Shown here: positions 20,563-30,835 of the stretch, piece after piece
Position numbering within the stretch: position 1 is the first letter of the stretch
How the letters are laid out: each line of letters starts with the position of its first letter
DNA from: Flavobacteriaceae bacterium
GTDB lineage: Bacteria; Bacteroidota; Bacteroidia; Flavobacteriales; Flavobacteriaceae
Reading direction: 5' to 3'
DNA: 64,000 nucleotides
NCBI GenBank assembly: GCA_018608425.1
Contig: JABAZL010000167.1
Span: 18,611-82,610, forward strand
Notes under the pieces: generated by a model
What the model was told of the DNA's origin: nothing
Databases searched by the model: none
The model's input: the letters and a program-made list of their open reading frames with translations, nothing else
Position numbers and translations under genes: made by a program

Positions 20563-21456
20563 ATGACCACATATACCGTAACGCCTTCACAAACTCAAGA
20601 CCAAACTATTGCTCGATTTGAACTTTCGCCAGCACTAGAAATAGTTCAGGCATCTAAATACAATAATATAGATGAAGCTAAAGATGCGCCTTTGGTTCAA
20701 CAAATGTTCTACCTACCTTTTGTAAAATCTGTTATACTTAAAAAAGAAGCTCTAGAAATTGAGCGTTTCAATATTTTGGAATGGAAAGATGTTTTGGAAG
20801 ATGTATCCCTAGAAATAGAAAATTACCTGAATAAAGGTGGGATTGTTATGAATGAAACGCAACCGCTAAAGAAAGTACCAATCACTATTTATGCAGAAAG
20901 CACTCCAAACCCAGGAGTAATGAAATTTGTTGCAAACAAAAAACTCGTAGAGCAAATCTTTGAATACAAAACCATAGACGAGACTACCCATGCTCCTTTG
21001 GCTCAAAAGCTTTTTCACTTTCCTTTTGTAAAAGAAGTGTTTATGGATACCAATTATATTTCTATCACCAAATTTGATGTCGCTGAATGGGATGAAATTG
21101 TCCTTGAAATTCGAGAATTCCTTCGTACATATCTTGAAGATGGCAATGAAATAACGACCGAGGTTATAGAAGAAGTAAAAACTGAAAGTCCAGAAGAAGC
21201 TGCGGCTCCATTGGATGATATTTCTCAACAAATTGTTGGAATCATTGAAGAATACATCAAACCCGCTGTTGCTGCAGACGGAGGTAACATCCTTTTCGAT
21301 TCCTATAACACGGAAGACAAAAGTGTACATGTTATTCTTCAAGGAGCGTGTAGCGGCTGTCCATCTTCTACTTTTACTTTGAAAAGTGGAATTGAGAACA
21401 TGCTAAAAGAAATGCTTCCTGGGAAAGTATCAACGGTCAACGCTATCAATGGATAA
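20563..21456 (+). CDS. nfuA: NifU/NfuA family Fe-S carrier
   Basis: Two Nfu_N domains (ESTPNP, FYLPFVK/FHFPFVK) and NifU-C domain DGGNI...LQGACSGCPSS. Confidence 0.9.
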   Translation: MTTYTVTPSQTQDQTIARFELSPALEIVQASKYNNIDEAKDAPLVQQMFYLPFVKSVILKKEALEIERFNILEWKDVLEDVSLEIENYLNKGGIVMNETQPLKKVPITIYAESTPNPGVMKFVANKKLVEQIFEYKTIDETTHAPLAQKLFHFPFVKEVFMDTNYISITKFDVAEWDEIVLEIREFLRTYLEDGNEITTEVIEEVKTESPEEAAAPLDDISQQIVGIIEEYIKPAVAADGGNILFDSYNTEDKSVHVILQGACSGCPSSTFTLKSGIENMLKEMLPGKVSTVNAING

Positions 21457-21461
21457 ATTCT

Positions 21462-23498
21462 TTGGAAGCTAAACCACACACCAATGCCCTAATCGATGAG
21501 CTAAGCGCCTATCTACTTCAACATGCGCATAATCCTGTAAACTGGTTTCCGTGGTCACAACGCTACTTAGACCAAGCTCAGGAGGAAGGTAAACTGCTTT
21601 TAATTAGTATTGGATATGCATCATGTCATTGGTGTCATGTCATGGAACATGAGTGCTTTGAAGATGAAGAGGTAGCTAGCTTGATGAATGCAAATTACAT
21701 CAACATTAAAGTAGATCGAGAAGAACGTCCAGACGTTGATCAGGTCTACATGAATGCCCTACAGTTGATCAGTGGCCAAGGCGGATGGCCGCTCAATATG
21801 ATTGCCCTTCCCGATGGAAGACCGATTTGGGGAGGAACTTATTTCCCAAAAGAACGGTGGATGCAAGTCCTGACTCAAATCAGTACGCTTGCTAAAGAAA
21901 AACCCGAAGAACTTATTCAGTACGCAGATAATTTAGAAAAGGGCTTAGCCAATTTTGAGGTTAGCGAACCCTTAAAAGACGCATTGAATTTAGACGATAT
22001 TATATCTAGCTTAGATCAGGTAGTTTCTAAAAAAGATCCTCAAAATGGTGGACTTATCGGTGCTCCCAAATTCATGATGCCAACATTACTTCGTTTTTTT
22101 CAACAAGGAGGCATTCTCTGTTCCAATAACGATGCATTAGATCATTTTCATTTTTCGCTAGAACAAATGGCGTTAGGTGGCATTTTCGATGCAGCTCATG
22201 GAGGCTTCTCACGTTATGCAGTAGATGCAGAATGGCATATTCCACACTTCGAAAAAATGGGTTACGATAATGGTCAATTGATATCGTTGTACGCTCAAGC
22301 CTTTCGCGAAAAACCATTGGCACTTTATCGAGAAACTGTAGATAAAACTATTTCTTTTCTGACTACCGAACTGAGTTCTCCAGAAGGAGGTTTTTATGCT
22401 GCTCTCGATGCCGATAGTTTAACCCAAAATAATAAGTTGGTTGAGGGTGCTTTTTATGTTTGGACACTAAAAGAAATCGAACAACTCTTTCCAGATGAAT
22501 ATCCTTTAGTAGCTGCCTTTTATTCTATCAACGATGATGGATATTGGGAAGATGGCAACTATGTGATGAGAAGAATGCAAACCGATGAGGCATTTGCCAA
22601 GCTACACGATTTGGAGCTTTCAGAGCTTAAAGCAAAGGTAATTCGCTGGAATAAAGTACTTCTAAAAGAAAGAAATAAGCGCGCTCGTCCTCGATTGGAT
22701 GATAAAATCATTTGTTCTTGGAATGCCATTCTTAGTTCTGGGCTCTTAGACGCTTATCGTAGTTTTGGTACTTTATCTTACAAGGATCTTGCGCTAAAAA
22801 ATATTGATTTTATTGAAACGAATTTTGTTGATTCAGCAGGTAATTTAAAGCGGATTTCAAAAAAAGGAGTCAACAAAATAGATGCTTTTCTAGAAGATTA
22901 TGCAGCCGTTATAAAACTGTATATCGATGCATATGAAACTGTTTTTGATGAACACTACATTCTTCAAGCAGAAAAAATAATGAACGTTTGCCTTCGTTTA
23001 TTTAAAGATAAAAATGGGCCGCTCTTTTATTTTAGTTCAAGCTCTGAGTTGGTTGTTCGAACCAAAGAAACTTCAGATAATGTAATTCCTTCTTCGAATG
23101 CTGTTATGGCAGAGAATCTAATTCGCCTTTCCAACCATTTAGTGAAACCTGAATTGAAGACACATGCAGAAGCTATGGTATTGGCTTGTAAATCTGAAAT
23201 TATGTCCTATCCCAGAAGCTATAGCTATTGGCTTGCGGTTGGACTAAGACTCATAAGACCAGGCTACGAAGTAGTTGCTATAGGACCTGATGCGAAACAT
23301 GATATTAAAGAATTACAGCAACTTTATACCGTTAATTGTAGTTGGGCAGCAGCCGAAACCTCTACGTTACCTTTATTTGCGAATAGAAGTTCTAACGGTA
23401 AAACAAAATATTATTTGTGTAGAAACAATCAGTGTGGCATTCCCCTAGAATCTATAGATGAAGTACAAATAAAATTACAAGCAGCTCTTAAATCTTAG
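21462..23498 (+). CDS. Thioredoxin-domain / (alpha/alpha)6 protein, YyaL/SPATA20 family
   Basis: YLLQHAHNPV, SIGYASCHWCHVM, KVDREERPD, GGWP, PHFEKM. Confidence 0.93.
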   Translation: MEAKPHTNALIDELSAYLLQHAHNPVNWFPWSQRYLDQAQEEGKLLLISIGYASCHWCHVMEHECFEDEEVASLMNANYINIKVDREERPDVDQVYMNALQLISGQGGWPLNMIALPDGRPIWGGTYFPKERWMQVLTQISTLAKEKPEELIQYADNLEKGLANFEVSEPLKDALNLDDIISSLDQVVSKKDPQNGGLIGAPKFMMPTLLRFFQQGGILCSNNDALDHFHFSLEQMALGGIFDAAHGGFSRYAVDAEWHIPHFEKMGYDNGQLISLYAQAFREKPLALYRETVDKTISFLTTELSSPEGGFYAALDADSLTQNNKLVEGAFYVWTLKEIEQLFPDEYPLVAAFYSINDDGYWEDGNYVMRRMQTDEAFAKLHDLELSELKAKVIRWNKVLLKERNKRARPRLDDKIICSWNAILSSGLLDAYRSFGTLSYKDLALKNIDFIETNFVDSAGNLKRISKKGVNKIDAFLEDYAAVIKLYIDAYETVFDEHYILQAEKIMNVCLRLFKDKNGPLFYFSSSSELVVRTKETSDNVIPSSNAVMAENLIRLSNHLVKPELKTHAEAMVLACKSEIMSYPRSYSYWLAVGLRLIRPGYEVVAIGPDAKHDIKELQQLYTVNCSWAAAETSTLPLFANRSSNGKTKYYLCRNNQCGIPLESIDEVQIKLQAALKS

Positions 23499-24165
23499 GC
23501 ATATTCGTATAAAAATCTTTGAGATAAAAAGGCTCAAAATAGGCAACGTCTTCCGTTATGTTAGCTTCAAACTTTGTAGTTGCTAGTGCTACCATATTGC
23601 GCGCTGAGGGTAGTTGAAGTTCGTCTATAAAAAGCGTATTCGCAGAAGGAATAACACCCTTACACTTTGCTGCACCATTTCCAAAAAACACTAAACGTCC
23701 TTGACTTTGAAATTCTTGAAAAGAATCTGGAGTAATTATTATGGCTTGTGTGGGTTGAATGACTTCTTTTTGAGCATTTAAAACGAGTGCATATACTTCC
23801 ATCCTACGCGCATCAAACATCGGCATCAGAATGTCATCATCTTGTGCAGTATAAGCTGCTGCTAGCACCTCTAAGCTGTTTACAGCAATTAAAGGGATGT
23901 CGTTGGCATAGCATAGGCCTTTTGCAGAAGAAACTCCTATTCGAAGCCCTGTGTAGGAACCCGGTCCCATACTTACAGTAACGCCTGATAACTGCTTGGC
24001 TTGAATTTGGGCCTTATTTAAAAGTTGTTCGATAAATAAATGAAGATGGTCACTATGACGAAAATCTGCTTCATTGTTCTCAATACAATGCAGCAGATTC
24101 CCATTTTGTGATAGTGCTACGGAACAATTCGTTGTAGCGGTTTCTAGATGTAGCAGATAAGACAT
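23488..24165 (-). CDS. tsaB: tRNA t6A biosynthesis protein TsaB
   Basis: LETAT, GPGSYTGLRIG, DARRMEVY, FEPFYLK. Confidence 0.96.
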   Translation of the reverse strand: MSYLLHLETATTNCSVALSQNGNLLHCIENNEADFRHSDHLHLFIEQLLNKAQIQAKQLSGVTVSMGPGSYTGLRIGVSSAKGLCYANDIPLIAVNSLEVLAAAYTAQDDDILMPMFDARRMEVYALVLNAQKEVIQPTQAIIITPDSFQEFQSQGRLVFFGNGAAKCKGVIPSANTLFIDELQLPSARNMVALATTKFEANITEDVAYFEPFYLKDFYTNMPKI

Positions 24166-24191
24166 GCTACAAAATTAAGAAGAACTAACTT

Positions 24192-25616
24192 CTAAATTTC
24201 AAGTTTTAGTCCAAAATAAAACTCGAGTACTTTAAGTTTAAATACATAGTCGTACTTGGCACGTAATTCATCTGAAACAGAAGTCTCATAACGCTGTTTG
24301 ATTTGAGTGAATTCGAAAGAGTTCATGATACCTGCATCAAATCGTTTGGTTGCATCGTCGTAGGCATCATTTCGAGCAATAACCGTTTTTTGGGCAGCCT
24401 TGTAAAAATTAAAAGCACCTTTGGCATCATTATAAGCTTGGTTTACGGTACTTTCTAAATTAAGCTTTTGTTGTTCGAATTGATTTTCAGAGCGCATCAA
24501 GTTTACTTTGCTACGTTTCACATTGTTCTTTGCAGCAAATCCATTCAAAATTGGAATACTCAATTGGATTCCAAAATTATGACCATCGTTCATTTTAAAT
24601 TGAGTACCTAAAGATTCCGGCCCAATAACTCTAGTTTGTTCAATCGATCGTACGACTTCTTGTCCAGTAGTTGCAACAATTCCGATAGGGAAATCATCAA
24701 ATACTCCTGTCCCTGTTAATCGATCGCTATATGACAACCTCGTGCTGTAGCTATAAAACGCAGATAACGATGGTTGAAGTCCTGTTTTGGCGATTTCTAT
24801 ATCAGCTTTAGATATTTCTAAATTGGTAACCGATAATTTTATATCGTTTCTATGTGTCAAAGCTTCCTCATAGATGGCTTTAGGTGTTTTCTCTAAAATC
24901 TCAGGGAAAGGAACATCAAACATTTCAACAGCAATGTCAAAGTTTTCGTAATCGGTAATCAATAACAGTTGTGCCAAATTAATCTTTGTCAAACGTAAAC
25001 TGTTTTCTGCCTGAATTACTGCTTGTTCTTGAGAAGCAATATTAGCCTCTAATTCAAACACATCACCCGAAGTCAAAACACCTGCTTCAATCAAGGTTTT
25101 GGTTCGTTCCAATTCTTTGATAGAAACCGCAAGTTGACTTTCCTGAACCATAAGTTGTTCTCTATTGAACATTACTTGCAAGTAAGAATTAGCAACTAAA
25201 ATCGAAGTATTCTGTGCAATATCTGCTAAGTTGTATTGCTGTGCTATAATAGCTAGATTGGCACGGTGTAATCGCTTTACGTTCTGTAGACCGTTGTATA
25301 TGTCAACACCCATATTAACACCAAAAGAAGAAAATTGAGTAGTTACATCTTCTAAAAGACCAGTAGTAATGTTCTGGTTTAACCCAATGTTCCACGAATG
25401 ACTTGTTTGAGCATTGAGGTTAGGAAGGAAATTACCAAAAGCACTTTTCTTATCTATCTCGGCACTTGCAACATCCAACTCAGATTGTTTAATTGTAATG
25501 TTTTTTTCGAGGGCTAATTCTACACAATCCTGTAGGGTAAGTGTTTGTCCTTTCGCATACAATGAAGAACAAAGAACAGCTACTACTGTTATGTATTTTA
25601 ATGTCGTATATCTCAT
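24192..25616 (-). CDS. TolC family outer-membrane efflux protein (start moved to ATG 25616)
   Basis: TLQDCVELAL, FLPNL, LQPSL, IPILNG, AKYDY. Confidence 0.92.
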   Translation of the reverse strand: MRYTTLKYITVVAVLCSSLYAKGQTLTLQDCVELALEKNITIKQSELDVASAEIDKKSAFGNFLPNLNAQTSHSWNIGLNQNITTGLLEDVTTQFSSFGVNMGVDIYNGLQNVKRLHRANLAIIAQQYNLADIAQNTSILVANSYLQVMFNREQLMVQESQLAVSIKELERTKTLIEAGVLTSGDVFELEANIASQEQAVIQAENSLRLTKINLAQLLLITDYENFDIAVEMFDVPFPEILEKTPKAIYEEALTHRNDIKLSVTNLEISKADIEIAKTGLQPSLSAFYSYSTRLSYSDRLTGTGVFDDFPIGIVATTGQEVVRSIEQTRVIGPESLGTQFKMNDGHNFGIQLSIPILNGFAAKNNVKRSKVNLMRSENQFEQQKLNLESTVNQAYNDAKGAFNFYKAAQKTVIARNDAYDDATKRFDAGIMNSFEFTQIKQRYETSVSDELRAKYDYVFKLKVLEFYFGLKLEI

Positions 25617-25635
25617 AATAAAGTAGGAATTATGC

Positions 25636-26769
25636 TTAGTTATCTTCAGATGATTCATCTTCATCTTCCTTTTTTTCTTCTTCAGTTTTGTTCCAAACCT
25701 TGATGTTATCTTCAATGGTTATACCCGAAAGAATTTCTACATTAATTCCATCAGAAATTCCAGTTTTAATGTCTTTGCGCTCAAATTCTTGATCTTTAAC
25801 TTGAACTTCAACATAAGGCTCTTCGGTTTTCTTGTCGAACTGTAACAAAGCTTCTGGTATTGCAAGAATACTGTCTTTACGTTCCAAGACCAAAGAAGCA
25901 TTTGCGCTATAACCTGCACGTACAAAGAAGTCATCATCTAAGTAAACATCACCTTCAATTTTAAACTGAACAGCTCCTTGTTCCTCATTTCCTTTTGGAG
26001 CGATGAACTTCAAACGAGCTTCAAATTCTTTGTCTTGTATAGCACCTAAATTTACTGAAAGGGGCATTCCAATTTTCAACTTTCCAACTTCTGCTTCATC
26101 AACTTTCCCTTCGAAAATCATTTTACTCAAGTCGGCTATAATAGCAATCGTAGTTCCGTTGTTAAACGTATTACTCTCCACTACTTGATCTCCTTCTTTA
26201 ATTGGCATTTCAAGAACAGTTCCAGAAACAGTAGCACGAATATTCGTATTCGCAGTAGCTGAGCCTCCTGCAGAACCAAGTTTGATAATCTGTAAGTCGC
26301 TATCAGCATTTGATACGTCTTGTTTTGCTCTACTGTAGTTCAATTCAGCATTTTGGAAATCTTGTTGCGAAATGATTTCTTTTTCAAAAAGACCTTTGTT
26401 TCTATTGAATTCGATCTTGGCATTCTCCATTAGGATTTTAGTATTTGCCAAACGTCCTTTTGCGCTATTCAGTGATTGTTCGTTAGGAACAACCTTAACC
26501 TTTGCAAGCAGGTCACCTGTTTTTACATTATCGCCTTCTTCAACATAAAGCGTTTGAATGATCCCAGAAATTTGAGGTTTAATCTCAACTTCATCTTCAG
26601 GGATTACTTTTCCAGTAGCAACTGATTTCATCTCGATGGATGTAATTAACGCAGTCTCGGTATCGTATTGAACCGCGGGCTTACTATTCGATTTAATAAA
26701 GAAAACAGTCGCATAAAGAACTCCAAACAAAATGGCTGCTATTAATATATATTTAAATACTTTTTTCAT
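25636..26769 (-). CDS. MacA-like periplasmic adaptor subunit
   Basis: N-terminal TM, IKPQISGII, VEEGD lipoyl half-motifs, GKVDEAEV. Confidence 0.92.
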   Translation of the reverse strand: MKKVFKYILIAAILFGVLYATVFFIKSNSKPAVQYDTETALITSIEMKSVATGKVIPEDEVEIKPQISGIIQTLYVEEGDNVKTGDLLAKVKVVPNEQSLNSAKGRLANTKILMENAKIEFNRNKGLFEKEIISQQDFQNAELNYSRAKQDVSNADSDLQIIKLGSAGGSATANTNIRATVSGTVLEMPIKEGDQVVESNTFNNGTTIAIIADLSKMIFEGKVDEAEVGKLKIGMPLSVNLGAIQDKEFEARLKFIAPKGNEEQGAVQFKIEGDVYLDDDFFVRAGYSANASLVLERKDSILAIPEALLQFDKKTEEPYVEVQVKDQEFERKDIKTGISDGINVEILSGITIEDNIKVWNKTEEEKKEDEDESSEDN

Positions 26770-26802
26770 GGGAAATGGTTTATTATTTATATCTAGGTGT
26801 TA

Positions 26803-28080
26803 TTATTCTTCTCTTAGGGCGTCAATAGGTTTTATACTAACGGCACGTTGTGCTGGGATCAGTCCGATTAAAGTTCCTAAGGTTACCATGATTGCCAAGG
26901 CTCCTAGAACAAAAGATATCGGAACAGTAGGATTGGTATAAGGGAAATCGTTCATGCTTGCGGTTGCTGCGTCAATTCCTGATAAGACAAAAGCTCCAAG
27001 GATAATCCCGAAAATTCCTGCTATAAAGGTTAGGAATACAGATTCTAAAATAATTTGAATCCGAACTTCAGATGGGGTAGCTCCCAATGCACGGCGAATA
27101 CCCAATTCCTTAGTTCGTTCTTTTACCGATATCAGCAAGATATTTCCAATCCCAATGACTCCAGCAATAATAGTAGCAATTCCAACAATAAGAGATAAAA
27201 AAGTCATCCCTTGTGAAAAGCCCATGATTCTTCCGAAAATCTCACCTAGATTAAACGAGCCAAAAGCACGTTCATCTTTTGGAGATACACGGTGTATCCG
27301 TTTAAGAGTTTGTTTTACTTTCTCCTCTACTGCAACTACATCTGCATCGTCGTAAGCCGCAATTGTAAACCAATCTACATTATCTCCTGTATTATAAAGT
27401 TTTTTATAAGTTGAAAATGGAATGAATACATCGCCGTCGGTTTCAAAGCCTCCACCCTCAATATATTTATGAACTCCAATAACCTGAAAATAAATATCAT
27501 CAACACGAATATATCGACCTACAGGTTGTTCATCTTCATCAAATAATTCCTTTTGAGTTCGTTCTCCGATTACACATACTTTTCGTTCTTCATTGATATC
27601 AGCCTGATTTACAAATCGTCCACCATCATATATTTTCTTAGTAGCAATCTTGGTATATTCCGGAAAATCACCATAGATGGTAAATGTTCCTGACTTAGAT
27701 CCACGAACCATTTGGGAACCACCTCCACCATCAAATATGCCTTTAGCGTTTCTTGGGGCAATAAACTGTATCTCAGGAATGTTGTTGCGAAGCTTTCGTG
27801 CGTCTTGAATTTTAAGCTGTGGATTTCTCCCAGTCTTAAATCCTTCGTAAGGAATACTTGTGCTTTGTGCCCATATAAACATGGAATTCATCGCTACGTT
27901 TTCGAATTGACGTTCAAAGCCGTTATCTAGACCCTTAGCAGCTCCAGACAAAGCAATGTAAATAAAGATACCCCACAAAACACCGATCACTGTAATGATG
28001 GTTCGAACTTTATTTTTCTGGATAGAACCGAAAATTTCTTGCCAGGTATCGCGATCAAATATTATTTTTAAATTATTCAT
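26803..28080 (-). CDS. MacB/FtsX-family ABC permease 2
   Basis: GIGNILLISVKERTKELGIRRALGA, PAQRA...PIDALR. Confidence 0.93.
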   Translation of the reverse strand: MNNLKIIFDRDTWQEIFGSIQKNKVRTIITVIGVLWGIFIYIALSGAAKGLDNGFERQFENVAMNSMFIWAQSTSIPYEGFKTGRNPQLKIQDARKLRNNIPEIQFIAPRNAKGIFDGGGGSQMVRGSKSGTFTIYGDFPEYTKIATKKIYDGGRFVNQADINEERKVCVIGERTQKELFDEDEQPVGRYIRVDDIYFQVIGVHKYIEGGGFETDGDVFIPFSTYKKLYNTGDNVDWFTIAAYDDADVVAVEEKVKQTLKRIHRVSPKDERAFGSFNLGEIFGRIMGFSQGMTFLSLIVGIATIIAGVIGIGNILLISVKERTKELGIRRALGATPSEVRIQIILESVFLTFIAGIFGIILGAFVLSGIDAATASMNDFPYTNPTVPISFVLGALAIMVTLGTLIGLIPAQRAVSIKPIDALREE

Positions 28081-29302
28081 CTCTAAGGGCAACTATGGGT
28101 TTAATTTGTGCAGCGCGTTTGGCTGGTATATATCCTGCAATACCGCCAAAAATAATAAGAATTACGGTAGCAAATAATGCAGTAGTAGTTTCTATATATG
28201 GGTTTTTAATAAAATAATCTTTGAGGGTTATACCAATAGATTTCAAAACAAAAACACCAATTAGTAAGCCTATAATTCCAGAAAGTGTAGTTATGAAAAT
28301 AGACTCTTGAAGAATCATTTGAATTACAGATTTCGGAGTAGCTCCTAATGCTTTTCGGATTCCTAATTCTTTGGTGCGTTCTTTGACAACAAAAACCATT
28401 ATATTTGAAATACCTATAATACCTGCAATCAAAGTACCAAGACCAACAAAAGTGACAATCAGTTGAAGTACGTTAGCAAACTGTTGATTTTGTTTTAGCT
28501 GATCAGCTCTGTTTCTAATACGAATTCCGTTGGGGTCTCTGGGAGCTACCGACTTTTTCTTTTTTAAAAACTCTCGTAACTTTCGTTCAAAAACTAAAGA
28601 TCCTGAATGACCTATTTGGGGTTTAAACGCTAGAATAATTTGATCAACCTTATCATTACTTTTTTCGAGTAATTGTCTTGTAGTGTATGGAATATAAATA
28701 TAACGTTCTTCTCGGTCACCTCCATCATCTTGAAAAACACCTATCACTTTAAAAACAATATTACCAATTTCAATGAATTTCCCTAAAGGGTTTTCTTGCT
28801 TAAATAAATCTCGAGCAACTAAGCGCCCGATAACTGCATATTTTGTTTTAGTTAAAATATCACTTTCGTTGATATAACGTCCTTTCATCAAGATTGTTTT
28901 TTCAGCAAACTGATGAGCAGGACCTACTGCTCGCGTGGAATAGTTATCGAACTCGTTTTTATATTTTACAACAGCAGATCTAGAAATTCTAGGAGTAATA
29001 TACTCTAGGAAGAATGGGAATTGCTCTTTAATATCAGCTATATCGTCATTCTTAAATTCGATCTTACGGTTGGATTTAAAGCCGTCATATGGAATAGAAG
29101 TTTTACCCGGATAGAAAGAAATAGTATTAGTTGCATCTTCCAAGAAAAATTCTTGGAATGTATTTTTTAGACCATTACCAAATCCAAAAAGTATTATAAA
29201 AATAAAAATCCCAAGAGCGACAGTAAAACCAGAAAGAAAGGTTCTCAGTTTATTTTTTCGAATGGTTTCGAATATTTCTTGCCAACGATCTCTGTTAAAC
29301 AT
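28073..29302 (-). CDS. MacB/FtsX-family ABC permease 1
   Basis: NKLRT, GISNIM...VKERTKELGIRKALGA, PAKRAA...PIVALR. Confidence 0.93.
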   Translation of the reverse strand: MFNRDRWQEIFETIRKNKLRTFLSGFTVALGIFIFIILFGFGNGLKNTFQEFFLEDATNTISFYPGKTSIPYDGFKSNRKIEFKNDDIADIKEQFPFFLEYITPRISRSAVVKYKNEFDNYSTRAVGPAHQFAEKTILMKGRYINESDILTKTKYAVIGRLVARDLFKQENPLGKFIEIGNIVFKVIGVFQDDGGDREERYIYIPYTTRQLLEKSNDKVDQIILAFKPQIGHSGSLVFERKLREFLKKKKSVAPRDPNGIRIRNRADQLKQNQQFANVLQLIVTFVGLGTLIAGIIGISNIMVFVVKERTKELGIRKALGATPKSVIQMILQESIFITTLSGIIGLLIGVFVLKSIGITLKDYFIKNPYIETTTALFATVILIIFGGIAGYIPAKRAAQIKPIVALRDE

Positions 29303-29996
29303 AATCAGCTGCTAAAACTTGGTTTACTTTTACATCTTCAACAATAACGCCATCTTTGAGTTTTACAACACGCTTACACATTTTTGCAATATCCTCTTCG
29401 TGAGTAACCACTAAGATGGTATTTCCTTCTTGGTTTATTTTTTGGATCAGGTCCATTACCTCATAAGAGGTTTTGGTGTCAAGGGCTCCAGTAGGCTCAT
29501 CTGCCAAGAGTACCTTAGGACGTGACGCCATAGCGCGTGCAATTGCAACCCGTTGTTTTTGACCACCAGAAAGCTCACTAGGCAAGTGTGTAGACCAATC
29601 GGCCAAGCCTACCATGGAGAGATATTTAATCGCCTGCTCTTGTCGCTCCTTGCGGCCTACTCCTTGGTAGTACAAAGGAAGGGAAACGTTTTCTGCGGCT
29701 GTTTTGTAGTTAATCAAATTAAACGATTGAAAAACAAACCCTAAGAATTTGTTACGGTATTTAGCCGCTTTGGTTTCGTCTAAATCTTTAATCAGAACAT
29801 CGTCGAGGGAATAAGAGCCTTCGTCAAGAACATCTAGCATACCCAATATGTTTAGGAGTGTAGATTTTCCAGATCCCGAAGAACCCATTATCGCCACTAA
29901 TTCGCCTTTTTCAACTGCAAAGTCAATGCCTTTGAGTACGTGAAGCGAAGAGCTTCCCATTTTATAAGACTTATGAAGGTTTTTTATTTGTATCAT
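29295..29996 (-). CDS. ABC transporter ATP-binding protein (MacB/LolD-like)
   Basis: Walker A GSSGSGKS, LSGGQKQR, LLADEPTG, VTH. Confidence 0.96.
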   Translation of the reverse strand: MIQIKNLHKSYKMGSSSLHVLKGIDFAVEKGELVAIMGSSGSGKSTLLNILGMLDVLDEGSYSLDDVLIKDLDETKAAKYRNKFLGFVFQSFNLINYKTAAENVSLPLYYQGVGRKERQEQAIKYLSMVGLADWSTHLPSELSGGQKQRVAIARAMASRPKVLLADEPTGALDTKTSYEVMDLIQKINQEGNTILVVTHEEDIAKMCKRVVKLKDGVIVEDVKVNQVLAADYV

Positions 29997-30039
29997 GAAA
30001 TTTGGAATATAATGTCTTTTAGAAATGAATCTTGCTTAT

Positions 30040-30067
30040 ATGACGTTTAAAAAAGTAAAATGTTACA
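30040..30067 (-). promoter_or_regulatory. Putative ECF-sigma promoter of the ABC exporter operon
   Basis: Minus strand TGTAAC-N16-CGTCAT, the typical AAC-16-CGT ECF architecture, ~45 nt upstream of the ATG. Confidence 0.6.
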
Positions 30068-30079
30068 CTAGTAAACACA

Positions 30080-30292
30080 TTATTTTTTAAGCATACGAAA
30101 TACAGCGACTCCGACTGCTCCAACCAAGATATAAGGAATGGCCATTAGGTATACTATTCCGTTGTTGATTCCTTTAGCTGTTTGCTGTCCTTCTTCCGAT
30201 TCAAGTACTGCTCTACACATAGCACATTGAGCCTCTACATCAACAAAGCCGATGAAAAAAAGAATTATAGAAAGGAGTATTGTTTTTTTCAT
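30080..30292 (-). CDS. Small conserved membrane protein with CAMC motif
   Basis: Signal-like N-terminus, AQCAMCRA, C-terminal TM; last gene of the oxidase assembly cluster. Confidence 0.8.
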   Translation of the reverse strand: MKKTILLSIILFFIGFVDVEAQCAMCRAVLESEEGQQTAKGINNGIVYLMAIPYILVGAVGVAVFRMLKK

Positions 30293-30302
30293 TAAGAAAC
30301 AA

Positions 30303-30830
30303 TTAAACGTAATATGGAGAAATCATATAATAAACAATAACACCAGTAATGGTTACGTATAGCCAAATAGGAAATGTAATTCTAGCGATTTTTCTATGCT
30401 GTGTAAATTGTTGGGATATTCCGCGAACAAAAGAAATCAAAACCAAAGGGATGATGGCTACAGACAACACAATATGAGAAATTAGAATAATATAATACAC
30501 CGTTTTAATCGCGCCTTCTCCACCAAAAGGGGTTGGGTCTGACGTTATGTGATAGGCAACATACATGATTAAAAAAGCTAAAGAAAGACCGATAGCTGTT
30601 TTCATCATTTGTTCATGCAAATTAATTTTACGGTTTTTTATTGCCCAAAGCGCTACCAACAATATGATCGCAGTATAGCCATTTACTGCAGCGTAAATTG
30701 GAGGAAGGAAAGACAATGATTTTACGTTTTCTAATCGTATTCGAAAAAGAAAAGCAACTACAACGGGAATTGCAATTGACACTAAAATGATCCAATTTTT
30801 ATACTTCAAGGTTGATTTACTTGCATTCAT
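30303..30830 (-). CDS. DUF420 family membrane protein
   Basis: Hydrophobic helices, LISHIVLS, HRKIAR, WLYVTITGVIVY. Confidence 0.9.
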   Translation of the reverse strand: MNASKSTLKYKNWIILVSIAIPVVVAFLFRIRLENVKSLSFLPPIYAAVNGYTAIILLVALWAIKNRKINLHEQMMKTAIGLSLAFLIMYVAYHITSDPTPFGGEGAIKTVYYIILISHIVLSVAIIPLVLISFVRGISQQFTQHRKIARITFPIWLYVTITGVIVYYMISPYYV

Positions 30831-30835
30831 AATAA

